Assembly: GCA_030704615.1 (NCBI GenBank) | Contig: CM060734.1 | Coordinates: forward strand, 54,498,001-54,562,000 | Origin: Takakia lepidozioides | Lineage: Eukaryota > Plantae > Bryophyta | Direction: 5' to 3' | DNA length: 64,000 bases | Shown here: positions 52,467-64,000 of the stretch, one piece after another | Layout of the letters: each line of letters begins with the position of its first letter | Position numbering within the stretch: position 1 is the stretch's first letter | The notes under the pieces: model-generated | Seen by the model: only the letters and a program-made list of their open reading frames with translations | Database searches by the model: none | What the model was told of the DNA's origin: nothing | Position numbers and translations under genes: made by a program

Positions 52467-55376
52467 CTACATCCACATTGACATGCTGGGAGACACTTTG
52501 AGAGTCAGTTGGGCTCTGAGTCCGGCCTCTACCTCCCATGTTTTTTTCGGGAGACGAGCTTTTAGTCTTGGCTCTGTCACCACTGTCCCGTTTTGCGGGA
52601 GACAAGCTCTTAGTCCTCGCTCTGCGTCGCTTAGTCCTCTCTGTCTTTTGTGGGACACGGGTTCTTTGTCCTTGCTCTCTCTACCCTCTCTTTGGCGGGA
52701 GTTGGGGACATTGGCGCCGGCTCGTCCCCTTCTACAAGTTTGAACCAGTCTTCTGCACTCCGACCAAGATTGCCACCCACCTCGATTGAGCTGGCATCGG
52801 CACCCCTTGAGGGTGAAGGAGGATTACTCTTAGTTCTCTTGCTTGAACTCGACAAATCCCCGTCCAGAATCTTGACCTTGTGGACCGCAACATCTTGCGT
52901 GGTGTTCTCAAGTCCATCCGGTGACTGAGTTCTGAAGTCCTAAATCACATCAAGGTGTCCAAGGGTCTGCATTGTTTCCATCGTGGCCCTCATTGTCCTC
53001 GTTACCCTCGATGCCCTCGTCCTCCTCCCTGTGTTCGGAATGTCCTCCTCCTTCTTCCAAATCTTCATCTTCCACTTCCTCATCCTTATCATCGTCTCCA
53101 CCGTCAACCTCTTCAGCAACATTGTCATTCTCAATTTGAAGGTTCTTAAAATTCGCTTCAACTTTTCCTTTGTAAATTTTTATTTTGGTTGAGTGGTTGA
53201 TGTCAAGCACTCAAATGTTTTTTACCTGCAGATAAACCAAGTCAGTAAAACAGAGGACGTGTTCGATCAAAAATGTAAAAAACGTATTTAAAATGCAAAC
53301 ATGTTTTACACTTACATGAAGGGCGTACGTCAACATCACGCCTCTGAAGATGTCGACAGCGGACATCCCATCTCGACAAAACAGGGAGGCCAAATAGTCG
53401 TAGGTGTTACCTCGTAGCTCATGATTATAAGTCCTACACTCTTCTTCAAAACCTCATGGCTTCCCAGAAAGCCCTTCAAGAATCGACTGAATTGGCTCGA
53501 TTAAGAGCACTGTCGCGATGTGCTCATCCGAATTTTGCATCTCCTCAGGTGTCACTAAAAAAACATAGTCCAAGCACAGGACAGTCCGAGAGAAAGTCTT
53601 CGTGCTGTTTTTGTAAACATTTTCATACTCCCCCGGAACATAAAATCCCTGCCGGACAAGATACAATGTTCTTTCGGGACCATTTTGGATGTAGGAGACC
53701 AGATTGGCCGAGGACGGTTGAGTCGAGAAGAAAACAAAAGCACTCGTGTTCATTTTCCAAGCCACAAAAGCTTCTAGTATGTTCACATAGTCCTTGGCCT
53801 CAAATACCATAGAGTCATCTTCAGAAATTGTATTGACGAACACCATCGCTATGTTGTCAAACCGTTTCTTCGGTGCGAGTCGCAGACAGGATTGGCATCG
53901 GCGAATTTTGTTTCCCCCCCCATGAGAGCATAATGAGACTTGAAACTCGCTTAAATAATCGCCATGGCATCCTCTCTATCCTCATAAGCTTTTTTGATGG
54001 AGGAGACGTACTTAACAAAAGCGGTCGTGAGTGGTTTTGTCTCCATGTTCATCTTAATCTTGCTTTGGATGTAATCCGTCCCCAGTTTGTCTTTAAATGT
54101 TGAGAACTTTGCCTTATTGAAGTGGTACTTTTTCTTCACTTCATGTCACTCGTCCTTAGTGTATGGTTCCGTGCACTGTTTGCTCCTCCGAGGCCACCCC
54201 AACAACACTTCCATAACATCGTCGACAATAAATCGGCGCATTTTCATGTTGTCTATGTACTTGTTCATGCCTTGAATTGATTTGTCTTGTCCTTTTATAA
54301 TCTCGAATGGTCAATTTCAAGTCCAGGATTTTTTGCGCAGCTTTTATCAGCTGCCATCTGTTCAACCATTGCAGCTTTGCAATAGCAGATTTCGTGAGCT
54401 GTTGCTGTACACCCTTGTACTATATCCCAAGCGGGTCGAGAAGCTTTCCCTGCTCCCAACGTTTGAACACATCTTCCCAGATCTTCCAAACGCCGTCGTC
54501 ACAAAGTACCAGGACCATTGCCTCCTTAATGCTACCCATTTCAAGTATCAAATGACAGGCAAACATGAACTCCTGCACATTCATCAACGGAAAAATTAGG
54601 TGTCACTCCGACAACAGAAGTATTCTTTAGCATAAAATGAATGTGAATAGTAGATTTTCATTCCATAAATGCATACCTTCCATTGTTTCGTCTCGGACTT
54701 GGTGGTGTGATCGTTGTATTTCTTTGGCTTCCCCCTCAAGTTGAATAACATTCGCGCATGCCAACTTTCTCCGGCATTGTTGTATCAAACGTTTGCGCCT
54801 TATTGGGATCATTGAGGAGCTTTGACAACTTCAAGAGCTTTTGTTCATCGGTAGACCATATAATCTTCGCAGGCCACTCCCGATAGTATTCCTTCAGTTC
54901 GCTGTTGGCAAGATCATCGAGAAGTTCCTGCTACAGTTAAGGTAAAATGGGTGAGAGAGTTGAAAGGGTAGGGACATATCCAATTTCGTGGGAACACCAA
55001 CCTCCACTGCCCAGTGGAGGTTTGTTGAAAGAGAGGGCTGGGTGGAAATGAAGTCCATTACCTTTGCGGCCACGATGGTGTGTTGTCCACCAATGACGAA
55101 GATACGTCCATTTCTTTCCATTGCTTCGGTCGCGATGAAGCAATATTCTCAGGATTGGAAGGTTTGATTGGCGCAAGATACATCGGATGTTTGGAGTCAA
55201 ACAAATGAAGTTGGAAGAGTCACGCTTTCACTTCGTCCTTATGTTTGATATTTAACGGCCTGTACACCATGCTCCTTGGAGCTAGTTCCATCATGGAAAC
55301 CCCGGTTATCAGCGTCATGTCCGTCCGTCAGCGTCAGGTCTCGTCAGACCTGACGCTAACGGGACCTCCGTCACGT
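52467..55376 (-). pseudogene. Multi-exon TE cargo gene: ParB-like domain, helical region, amino-methyltransferase-like fold, acidic low-complexity tail
   Basis: ELAPRSMVYRPLNIKHKDEVK...IFVIGGQHTIVAAK (ParB-like GxH motif); YNHELRGNTYDYLASLFCRDGMSAVDIFRG (resembles motif X/I of beta-class N4C/N6A MTases); D/E-rich tract 52950-53150. Confidence 0.45.
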
Positions 55377-55447
55377 CAGGTTCGGGGAATATTCTGGTAA
55401 AAATAGTACCAGGTAAAATACTGCCACTTAAGCAGCCACGTCGCCGA

Positions 55448-56690
55448 CACGGTGGCAGTGGCAAATACATTTTGAAAATTAACAAAATGAACATGACCGC
55501 CAATTCGCTTTGCTTTTCAAAATTTAAAAAGAAATAACGACCGCCGTATTGGCGGTCGCTTCAATTTTTATTATTTTAAAAGCAAGATTGGCGATCGCCT
55601 TATTTTTCGAAATAGAAAAAGAAATAGCGACCGCCATATTGGCGGTCGCTTCAAATGTTTTTTTTTCAAAGCAAGATTGGCGGTCGCACTGGCAGTCGCC
55701 TTATTTTTCGAATTCGACCGCTATGTTGGCGGTCACTTCAATTTATTTTTAAAAAAAAAACAAGATTGGCAGCCGTATTGGCGGTCGCCTAATTTTTTTT
55801 TAAAAACAAGCGACTGCCATATTGGCGGTCGCACGGTGGCAAATACATTTTTGAAAATTAACAAAATGAACACGATCGCCAATTGCTTTGTTTTTCGAAA
55901 TTAAAAAAGAAATAGCGACCGCCGTATTGGCGGTCGCTTCAATTTTTATTTTTTTTTAAAGCAAGATTGGCGGTCGCACTGGCGGTCGCCTTATTTTTCG
56001 AAATAAAAAAAGAAACAACGATCGTCATATTGGCGGTCGCTTCAAATGTTTTTTTTTTAAAGCAAGATTGGCGGTCGCACTGGTGGTCGCCTTATTTTTC
56101 GAATTAAAAAAACAAATAGCGACCGCTATGCTGGCGGTCGCTTCAATTTATTGTTTAAAAAAAACAAGATTGGCGGTCGTATTGGTGGTCGCCTAATTTA
56201 AAAAAGAAAACAAGTGACTGCCGTATTGGCGGTCGCACGGTGGCAAATACATTTTTGAAAATTAACAAAATGAACGCGACCGCCAATTATGGCTGTCGCT
56301 TTGTTTTTCGCAATTAAAAAAGAAATAGCGACCGCCATATTGGCGGTTGCTTCAATTGTTTTTTTTTTAAAGCAAGATTGGCGGTCACACTGGCGGTCGC
56401 CTTATTTTTCGAAATAGAAAAAGAAATAGCGACCGCCATATTGGCGGTCGCTTCAAATTTGTTTTTAATAAAAGCAAGATTGGCGCACTGGCGGTCACTT
56501 TATTTTTTGAATTAAAAAAAAGAAATAGCGACCGCTATCTTGGCGGTCGCTTAAATTTAAAAAATATACAAAATAGAAGTGACCGCAATATTGCACAAAA
56601 TGAAAGGAAATAAAAGCGACCACAGTAGTGGAGGTCGCTTGTTTTTCATAAAAAATAAAAATACAGACCATAGTATTAGTGGTCGCTTAA
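55448..56690. repeat. Array of palindromic GCGACCGCCATATTGGCGGTCGC motifs with an about 380-400 bp higher-order period (hAT subterminal repeats)
   Basis: Dozens of GGCGGTCGC/GCGACCGC units; the block CACGGTGGC...AAATACATTTTGAAAATTAACAAAATGAAC recurs at about 55448, 55831 and 56236. Confidence 0.9.
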
Positions 56691-57117
56691 TTTCAAAATT
56701 ACAACAAATATGGTTGTACAGCCTTTTTTGGGTGGACGCTATTGGTTTGTCATTTATTCATTTCACTTTCATTTCACTTTCATCCTTCTTGGATCATATA
56801 TAAGGGAGGAGGGTCACCAAGCTCCTCACTTCTTTTGGCGCAAACACTTGAGGTTGTTTTTTATGTTCTCTTCCATTGAACGAGTGTGTAGCCCAAGAGG
56901 AGGGTGCGCACATTTTGCTGTTGTGGCTTCCACCAAAGCCACTTCAACAGATTGTGTATAAGCTCAACATTACAACCCATATCGATCCACTTGGGTTGCT
57001 GACAGGTGTAGAAGTGTTGGGCTATTGCATTGCACTCTACATTCACAACACGTTCATTTATAGGTGACTATTTTTTATTGCTTGCATCGTTAGGTCCCAG
57101 GGGAAGATGAGGGAGAA

Positions 57118-59137
57118 ATGGAGCCTTTGGTATACGACAATCCCGAACACTGTCAATGCCACTGGTAGTGTTGAGTGCAACCTATGTGGATTAAAACTTT
57201 CGTAAGGATCAGTTGTTCGCTTACCTCGGCTATAAAGGTGTGAAGAGCGCTAGGGTGGGTTTATGCCCCAAAACATCTATGCGGTAAAAAGCCATTTTGC
57301 CCAATGTGGAGGCAATACTCTAAGGTTTTTGGATCTGGACATGACCTCTGAGCAGAACACTCCATCTTCCCGTTATGATGCCCCGATTAGTACCCAGGGC
57401 GACTCTTGTGAGGCTTCGGGTGTCCTTGGACAAGTGGGTTGAGCCGGAGCAACACCTGCTTCAACACCTCTTTGTACCTCTACACTTCAACGGAGTAGAG
57501 GATTACGGCAGCAATCCATGCAATAAGGTCTTAACTTGTCTGCGAAAAGACAGTTGGATAAAAAATGGGCGCAGTTTTTCTTCGAGGCCAACATACCATT
57601 TAATGTGGCAAGGCTTCCGACATTTGTTTCTGTTGTTAGAGCAACCTCGGAGTCCAGATCCACGTACGTGCCTCCGACTTATCACAATCTCCGCACAGGA
57701 TTGCTAGAAGACGCCATGACCGAGCTTACCCAAAAAGTCAACGATAGGACGGGCGAGTGCATCAGAAAATATGGAAGCACTATATGTGCCGATGGTTGGA
57801 ATTCTGTCACAAACAGACCGTTGTTCAATGTCATGCTCGTATGTCCAGCTGGGGAACAATTCTTGGGATCGGTCGACACTAGCGGCAAGAAGAAAGATGG
57901 ATGTTATCAATGCCAACTATTGATGGACTTCATCAAACAGGTCGGAAGTGATAGAATCGTGCAAATATGCATAGACAATGCCGCTAACATGAGAAACACT
58001 GCAGACATGTTGTTGACACGTTATCCCCATATGTACTATCAAGGTTATGCTCCTCATATCATTGACCTCCTTTTGGAAGATTGGGGAAAAGAACAGTGGG
58101 TGAAACAACTTGTCAAGCGAGCGAAGACTGTTGTGTCGTTTATCCGCACACACCACATCCCTTTGGCAAAATATAGGAGGCACAAACCCAAATACAGCCT
58201 CCGCAATCCAGGCGAAACTCGTTTTGCCACTAGCTTCTTGATGATGGATCGGTTGGTGACGGTGAAGAACAGTCTGGAGCACACCATCATCGATCCTCAA
58301 TGAGATGCGTACACATGGATATTGCGGGACTCCAGAAAAGCCAAGTCATTGGGCAAAAGTCGAAAAGTTTGAAATAGCATTCGCAGCGATGATTTTTGGA
58401 AGAAATGTGAAAACTTTGTTTATATGGTTGAGCCGGTGTTAATCGTCTTGCGGGAGTTTGATGGAAAGAAACCAGTAATGGGCAAGGCATGATTACTAAT
58501 GCAAAATCTTGAGAAGCACGTCCAATCCTTGAGGCATCCTCCCTTCTTCTTGGAACCTGAACTTGTAGACAGTGCTGAGGATGCATTTTACGACCGTCGT
58601 TCGATGGTTCGAACGGACTGGCATTATGCGGGGGCTTTGCTCAATCTATTCTTGCTCGACAATACCATGCTCCGAGACGACGCTGATGCCAAGGCCGGCC
58701 TCGTGCGAGTGCTCATGCGACTGGCTCCGCCGAACCATGCAGAGAGAGCTATATCCGAGTACCAATGCTTCTCAAATCGCCATGACCCTTTTGAGGACAT
58801 GCCGGATCCAAAAGAGCTCAATATGCTGCCACATGAATGGTGGGATCTGATTGGAGCTGGAGCAAGAACATTGGCTTCCATTGCAAAGCGTATTCTTGCT
58901 CAAGTGTGCTCTGCATCATCTTGCAAACGCAATTGGAGCAGTTACTCATTTGTTCACAACAAGATTCGCAACAGGCTGAATCCCGCGAAGGCTGACAAAT
59001 TGGTGTATGTGTATATCAATTGTCGACTGCTACGTGAGAGGGCAGCGGATGATGTTGCAGCATGGTATGAGATGAATTTGCATTCCGAAGACTCTGCTTC
59101 TGAGGCTGATTCAATGAGTGACGATATTGAGCCTTAG
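57118..59137 (+). pseudogene. hAT transposase (DUF659 + hAT dimerisation domain) with premature stops
   Basis: FFFEANIPFNVA, TICADGWNSVTNRPLFNVM, VQICIDNAANM, PGETRFATSFLM, EWWDLIG, ILAQVCSASSCKRNWS, KIRNRL. Confidence 0.93.
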
Positions 59138-60549
59138 AGAGAATCATCTCAGAGGGAATCATCTGCCTCCGATAGTGAAGATGGATCCGATGATGCTCCC
59201 GAAAATGCATATGACCCGTTTACATTCACAGAGGATGATGCTTATATCCAACCGACCTTTGATAACCTTCTTGAAGAAGTGCGTATCGCAGATGAAGGTG
59301 AAGTTGCAATTGTGTCATCCCCAGAACATGGTCCTCAAAATGAAGTTGGGGTCGACCCTCGCCCCCCACTACATGCTGAAGCCACCGGTAGTGCCCCAAT
59401 GGAGCTTAGGGGTGATGTACTGCCAGGACCGATCGACGTACGTAACCCTGTTCATACAAATGATGGTGTCGAACCCATTGTACAGTCGACGGGACGGGAT
59501 CATGCCTCACCGATACGACCAGCTCCACCACAATGCCAAAACCGATCCAGCTCGCTGTAAAGCGCCAGAAAACGTAGAGCCAAAAATAATTTATATTTTT
59601 GTTTTTCGAACTGCGCTTCGCGCCTCGGTCTCCTGTCGATTAGTGGTCTGAATCTAACCATCCACACCCGGTGGTCCAGATCAACACAACGGGCATTAAG
59701 GAGCAACAGGGTTGATCTGTTTTCCACACGCATGCATCATTCTGCTGCATTGGACCGTGCGGAAGTTGAAGCCTCAGATGATGACAACCTGTCATTATAA
59801 TTCCACCTTAACCAACGTGTTGTGTAGCAGACCCGTGGTTCCTTACATGCCGGACCATCTAATGTCGGTCCATCTCGGGCAGTCCCCCCTCCAGTACCTC
59901 CTTCGAGACCACTTGCAGATTGTGTTTCCCGCACCTCTCTGGTCATCTCTCACCTCGCTTCCCATATTGCTCCTCTTTGAGCATCATGTACCTCTGTGGT
60001 CATCGCAGGTGTAACTCTCTGAATTTCCATAATCTCTCGCATTTTCACCCGTAGAAAATGTTAAGACATCTATGTATTTTCAATATTCTACAGGAAAATC
60101 TACTTATTTATCATCTACATGTTTAGAAATTACAGTCCAATACTCTCCAATTTCTGTATTTTGTTATATCTCAAGTCGTGGACCTCCACTGGACAGTCGC
60201 GTCAATGCTCTCATCCATCCGTCATTACAATTATTCATCCACGTAACCATGTTCATCCACTAATATTCATCTGTCCGACTTTTTCATCTGTATCTCATCT
60301 AACCTCCACTGTACAATGGAGGTTATATAATTAGACACAATCTTCAAATGACATGTTCCAGACCAAACAACAATTCCATTTCTATTCTATTTCTCTGAAA
60401 CGTTCATACGCGAGTGTATTTCCTTTTATTGAATTGATTCATCTCTGAATATAGTCTTCACTCAAACTGCTTATTACTGTCAGTAAGGTCGTCACGGAGG
60501 GGTTTTCAGTTTCTTGAACCTCGCGTGTGCAGTGGAGGTTCCGGTGATC

Positions 60550-61841
60550 ATGATCTTAGAGACGGGTCAAAGAGTGTTTCTTACTCTTCCCGGGTCCTCA
60601 TCTGTAGTAGCCACTGGGGACTGCCTTAATGTCTCCGGGGTTGGGACCTATCATGGACAACAATTATCTTCCTCAACCATTTCAGTGGTTCTCATCTCAT
60701 GTGATGAAGCACACTCATTATGTCATCTTCCTTATGGACATATGGATGCTAACACCTTGAAGGAGGCCATGGGGACCCCGGTGATGTGGAATGTTGGCGA
60801 AGTTCTTGCGGAGAATAACGAGTATCAAGGAGGGCCTGACATGAATCCTGATTTTATGCCGGAGACAAGAGATATTGTCGAGAATTCTGACGTCGACGAG
60901 GATGAATCAAACCACAGACCATCAAAGAGTTCCGGGAATCCAAGCGGAGGACTCGGAAGAAACAACTGGAGAAACTTGTAGTGCTTACTGTTGGGTGATG
61001 ATGGGGGTGCACTATTCGAGGGGAGGATTCAAGCTGCATTCCGGACGAGGTGATCCTCAATGACAAACTGGGAGAGGACGATGTTGGAGTTCTTGTCACC
61101 AGAATATTTTCTGGAGGTTCTGGATCTTTGATGTCTCTTGTAAAATGGTCTTTAACAAAAACACGACTTTTGGAAAAGTAGGAGACTACTCTCAAATGAT
61201 CTGGAGAATTTTATTAGATCCTTTGACAGTATCTTGTACGAAGATCATGAGGCAGGTGTGAAGAAAACGGCGTATCGGCATTTTACGAGAAAGAAGAGGG
61301 ATCGAGATTTGGAACATTCCAAAAAAAGAATGAAGAATCTTACCCTCGAGGAAGTCCGGTCCGCGAGCAACAAACCTTGCTGCAGATTTCACTGCTGTCA
61401 ATATTTCGATTGGCGAAAAACCTTGGCTATCCGTACTTCGTTTTGGGGATCCACTTTCGATGAGCGTAGAGAAAACGGACTGAATGTTTCGAAATGACTT
61501 CACATGCTGGAAGGGACCTCTCGCAGGGCATACGTTACGATTGAGGGTGTAGATGTATGTGAGACTGCTTGGTGGACAATTCATGGAATTGGCAGGTCCA
61601 CATACATGGAGTACAAAAAGTTGAGTAAATAGGGTTGGTTGTCAAGTCTCCATGGGAACCGTGGAGTGAAGAGGCCACGCCCAAAGACACTTCAGGCAGA
61701 GATAACATTATGTCCATTGTCAACGGAAATACTCACCTCATGCCCCATAAGACAAGATGCATTGGGGAGGGAAAGAGGGATACTTTGAGAGTCTTACCAC
61801 CTGAAATGAACTGGAAGCGAATACGAGACGAGTCCAACGAG
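60550..61841 (+). pseudogene. Sola/DUF7869-like transposase N-terminal part, preceded by a Tnp1/En-Spm-type beta domain; disrupted
   Basis: TYHGQQLSSSTISV...LPYGHMDANTLKEAMGTPVMW; KPCCRFHCCQYF; TIEGVDVCETAWWTIHGIGRSTY; HGNRGVKRPR; HLMPHKTR. Confidence 0.55.
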
Positions 61842-62015
61842 GTATGAAATCTCCATTCTTCAATTTCTTTCCTGGAAGATTTTTTTGATTCAATGTGGAT
61901 GATCCTCCCTTCGATTTTGTCTCTTTCGACTGTGGTTCTAGCTTCATGAACCTCCACTGTCCAATGGACGTTCCTTTCCTGACCTTGCCTTATTGTAACA
62001 GACCAACAGACTTTT

Positions 62016-63213
62016 CGAATTTGATGATATCCGGAGCGCAAATCGATCCGGCTGAAATACTTCGCTCTTGCCAACCGATTGAAGAGGTCATCGATCCTTG
62101 GCAAAGGGTATCGGTTTTTGATAGTCACCTTATTCAGAGCCCTGTAATCGACACACATCCGCAGCGTCCCATCCTTCTTGTCTGCGAATAGCATCGGGGC
62201 TCCGTAAGGTGACTTACTCGGCCAGATGTACCCCTTTGATATTAGATCCTTGAGTTGAGTCTTCAGCTTGACCAACTCTCTGTGGCTCAACCGGTAGGGT
62301 GCCTTGGCAGGCGGCTCCGATCCCGGTATCACCTCAATTTTGTGGTCAACTCCTCTTCGCGGTGGCAAGCCGCTTGGTAAATCCTCCGGCATCACATCCT
62401 GATATTTCTCCAAAATCCCCTTGATCCAATCTGGGCTCGGCTCCCCATCGCCTTTTTCCTTCACTTGTCTTACGTAAAGCAAAAACTGGGGCTCGTGTGG
62501 CTCCTCCACGGCCCACTCCCTTGCTGACAGAAGGTTTATTCGCCCTCCCATGGGGTTGGGCGTTTCCGACACTCGTAAAACTTCGCCACCATTCCCACAC
62601 GGTAGCGTGACTACTCTTTTGCGGCCATCTATGACCACTCCGGATCTGCTAAAAAAGGTCATCCCCAAAATGAGATCCACTCCATCGATCTCGCAAAAGG
62701 TGAAGTTCTCACGTCCCTCCCAACTCCCGAACTGAAGAGGAACATCGAACGCCAACCTCGTCGTCAATTGTGGTTCTCCTTTAGCAGAACGCACCTCAAT
62801 CGAGACCCCCACATCACTTGTCGGGAGTCCCAGCTTCCGTGCCGTTGCCGGTGTCATGAAGGAGTGCGACGCTCCTGTGTCCACCAACAACGATACGTTA
62901 GTTCGGGAGATTATCCCACTCACAAACATTAACTGACTCCCTTTACGCAAGGCGCCAGTTTCCTGATACAACTCACAAGAGTAGTTGCCTACCTTGCAAG
63001 TCTTGGCGACCACCGCCTCCACCAAGCGGCTGATGGAGGCTTCGGATAACTCCATGGTTGCCCTAGTCATGTTCAATTGTCGGGGATTCGTGAACTTCTG
63101 GGCCATGTGCCCGGGCTCCCCACAATTAAAGCACGCTCCATCGAAGGTCGCCTTCTGTCCGCCATAAGCCGCCGCACCTGATTTTCCTTTCGGGGCGTCG
63201 GGTGTCGTCTTGA
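62016..63213 (-). mobile_element. Ty3/gypsy gag-pol fragment (zinc knuckle, aspartic protease, RT N-terminus), no LTRs
   Basis: [81 protein letters not shown], then abrupt truncation. Confidence 0.93.
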
Positions 63214-64000
63214 CACTACTACAAAAACCGATTTTTCCAACACCACCCATAGTTCACACCTGGCACTTTGAACAGCTCCTCTTACACCCATGTGAGAGGA
63301 GGCAAGGTGTGATCTGGACCATTGTAGGAAAACCCACATGGTGTTACAAATTTCACACTCGAATGACACCCATACGGTCAACGGGTGTTGACCAAGATAA
63401 TGCATATGGGGCATTTGACATGAGTGTGAAATGAGTCATGGAGTGTGAGGTTAGTGTGAGATGTCCTACAGGAATTTGGGGCAACTATATGGCGTGGCAC
63501 ATTGACCATCCAGGTGGAAGATAGATGGATGAAATGACTTCCACCTCTATTCAACATGCCTTGGACGACATAACACATAGACTTTTGTTTAGAGAATTTA
63601 AAAGTTCAAAAATGTTATTAGGGTTATGGGGTCTGCATGTAGAGGGCTATGGGACTTGTAGTTTTTCTTTGCCGGCTCGTTTAGAATCTGAATGCCCACC
63701 AGTGCAGGCCATCCATTTAAGTTGATGCCAAAATGCATTTTCATCCAAACATCAAAGCTCTCAAAATAGACAACCTCAAGTAAAATGAGAAGGAGATTGG
63801 CAGAACCGAAAGGGCATAGAATTCTCTTCAATATTGAACACTGCCTGCAACTATTGGCTATAACTTGCCCTCTGTCCTGTCACATATAATCCCTTCGGGA
63901 ACCAACAATCCAAAAAGATGCACTGCTCATGCAGCTGACGACAATATCGTTATGAGAATGTCACATTATAATCAACAATGTACAACAATTGCTTTGAGAA
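63214..64000 (+). mobile_element. CACTA element left end, continues beyond the window
   Basis: CACTACTACAAAAA terminus exactly where Ty3 gag homology ends. Confidence 0.7.

Larger units (their letters stand above)
55377..59613 (+). mobile_element. hAT transposon (left TIR CAGGTTCGGGGAA; right end uncertain)
   Basis: Left terminus, subterminal array and hAT transposase; interrupts the minus-strand cargo gene; no TSD confirmed. Confidence 0.75.

Noticed and set aside
55448-56690. CRISPR-like array of palindromic repeats
   Set aside because: Spacers are repetitive A/T runs rather than unique sequences, there are no cas genes, the context is eukaryotic, and the array lies between a hAT TIR and its transposase.
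61733-63250. 505-aa ORF as an intact gene
   Set aside because: Chimeric read-through across element junctions; RT is truncated before YxDD and the last zinc-knuckle Cys is mutated.

Overview
Eukaryotic, intron-rich land-plant genomic DNA. A non-seed plant such as a bryophyte or lycophyte is inferred from the PLS-E PPR, Tcn1/Tf1-like Ty3 and Crinkler-like content. Five spliced host genes were reconstructed by hand from GT-AG exons: the 3' half of a diacylglycerol kinase (+), a SWAP70-like PH/coiled-coil gene containing a U12 minor intron (+), XCT/XAP5/FAM50 (+), an ORP3-type oxysterol-binding protein (+) and a plastid GNAT5-like acetyltransferase (-). Between them lie nested transposon relics: Ty3/gypsy fragments, hAT, CACTA, piggyBac, a Tourist MITE and a Sola/DUF7869-like transposase. 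The most notable observations are: (1) a Ty3 RT/RNase H fragment joined to a DNMT3-like C5 cytosine methyltransferase (34070-35400); (2) a large divergently arranged cargo element with ParB-like, amino-methyltransferase-like and two FCP1/NIF pseudo-phosphatase domains opposite a Sola-like transposase (about 49500-61850); (3) two intact, paralogous micro-ORFs of about 70 aa directly behind a tRNA-Met PBS of an LTR element; (4) a self-priming Tf1/sushi-type LTR retrotransposon; (5) an inverted duplication with about 0.8 kb arms of a Crinkler-like NTPase pseudogene. All family assignments come from motif recognition by eye; no searches were run.
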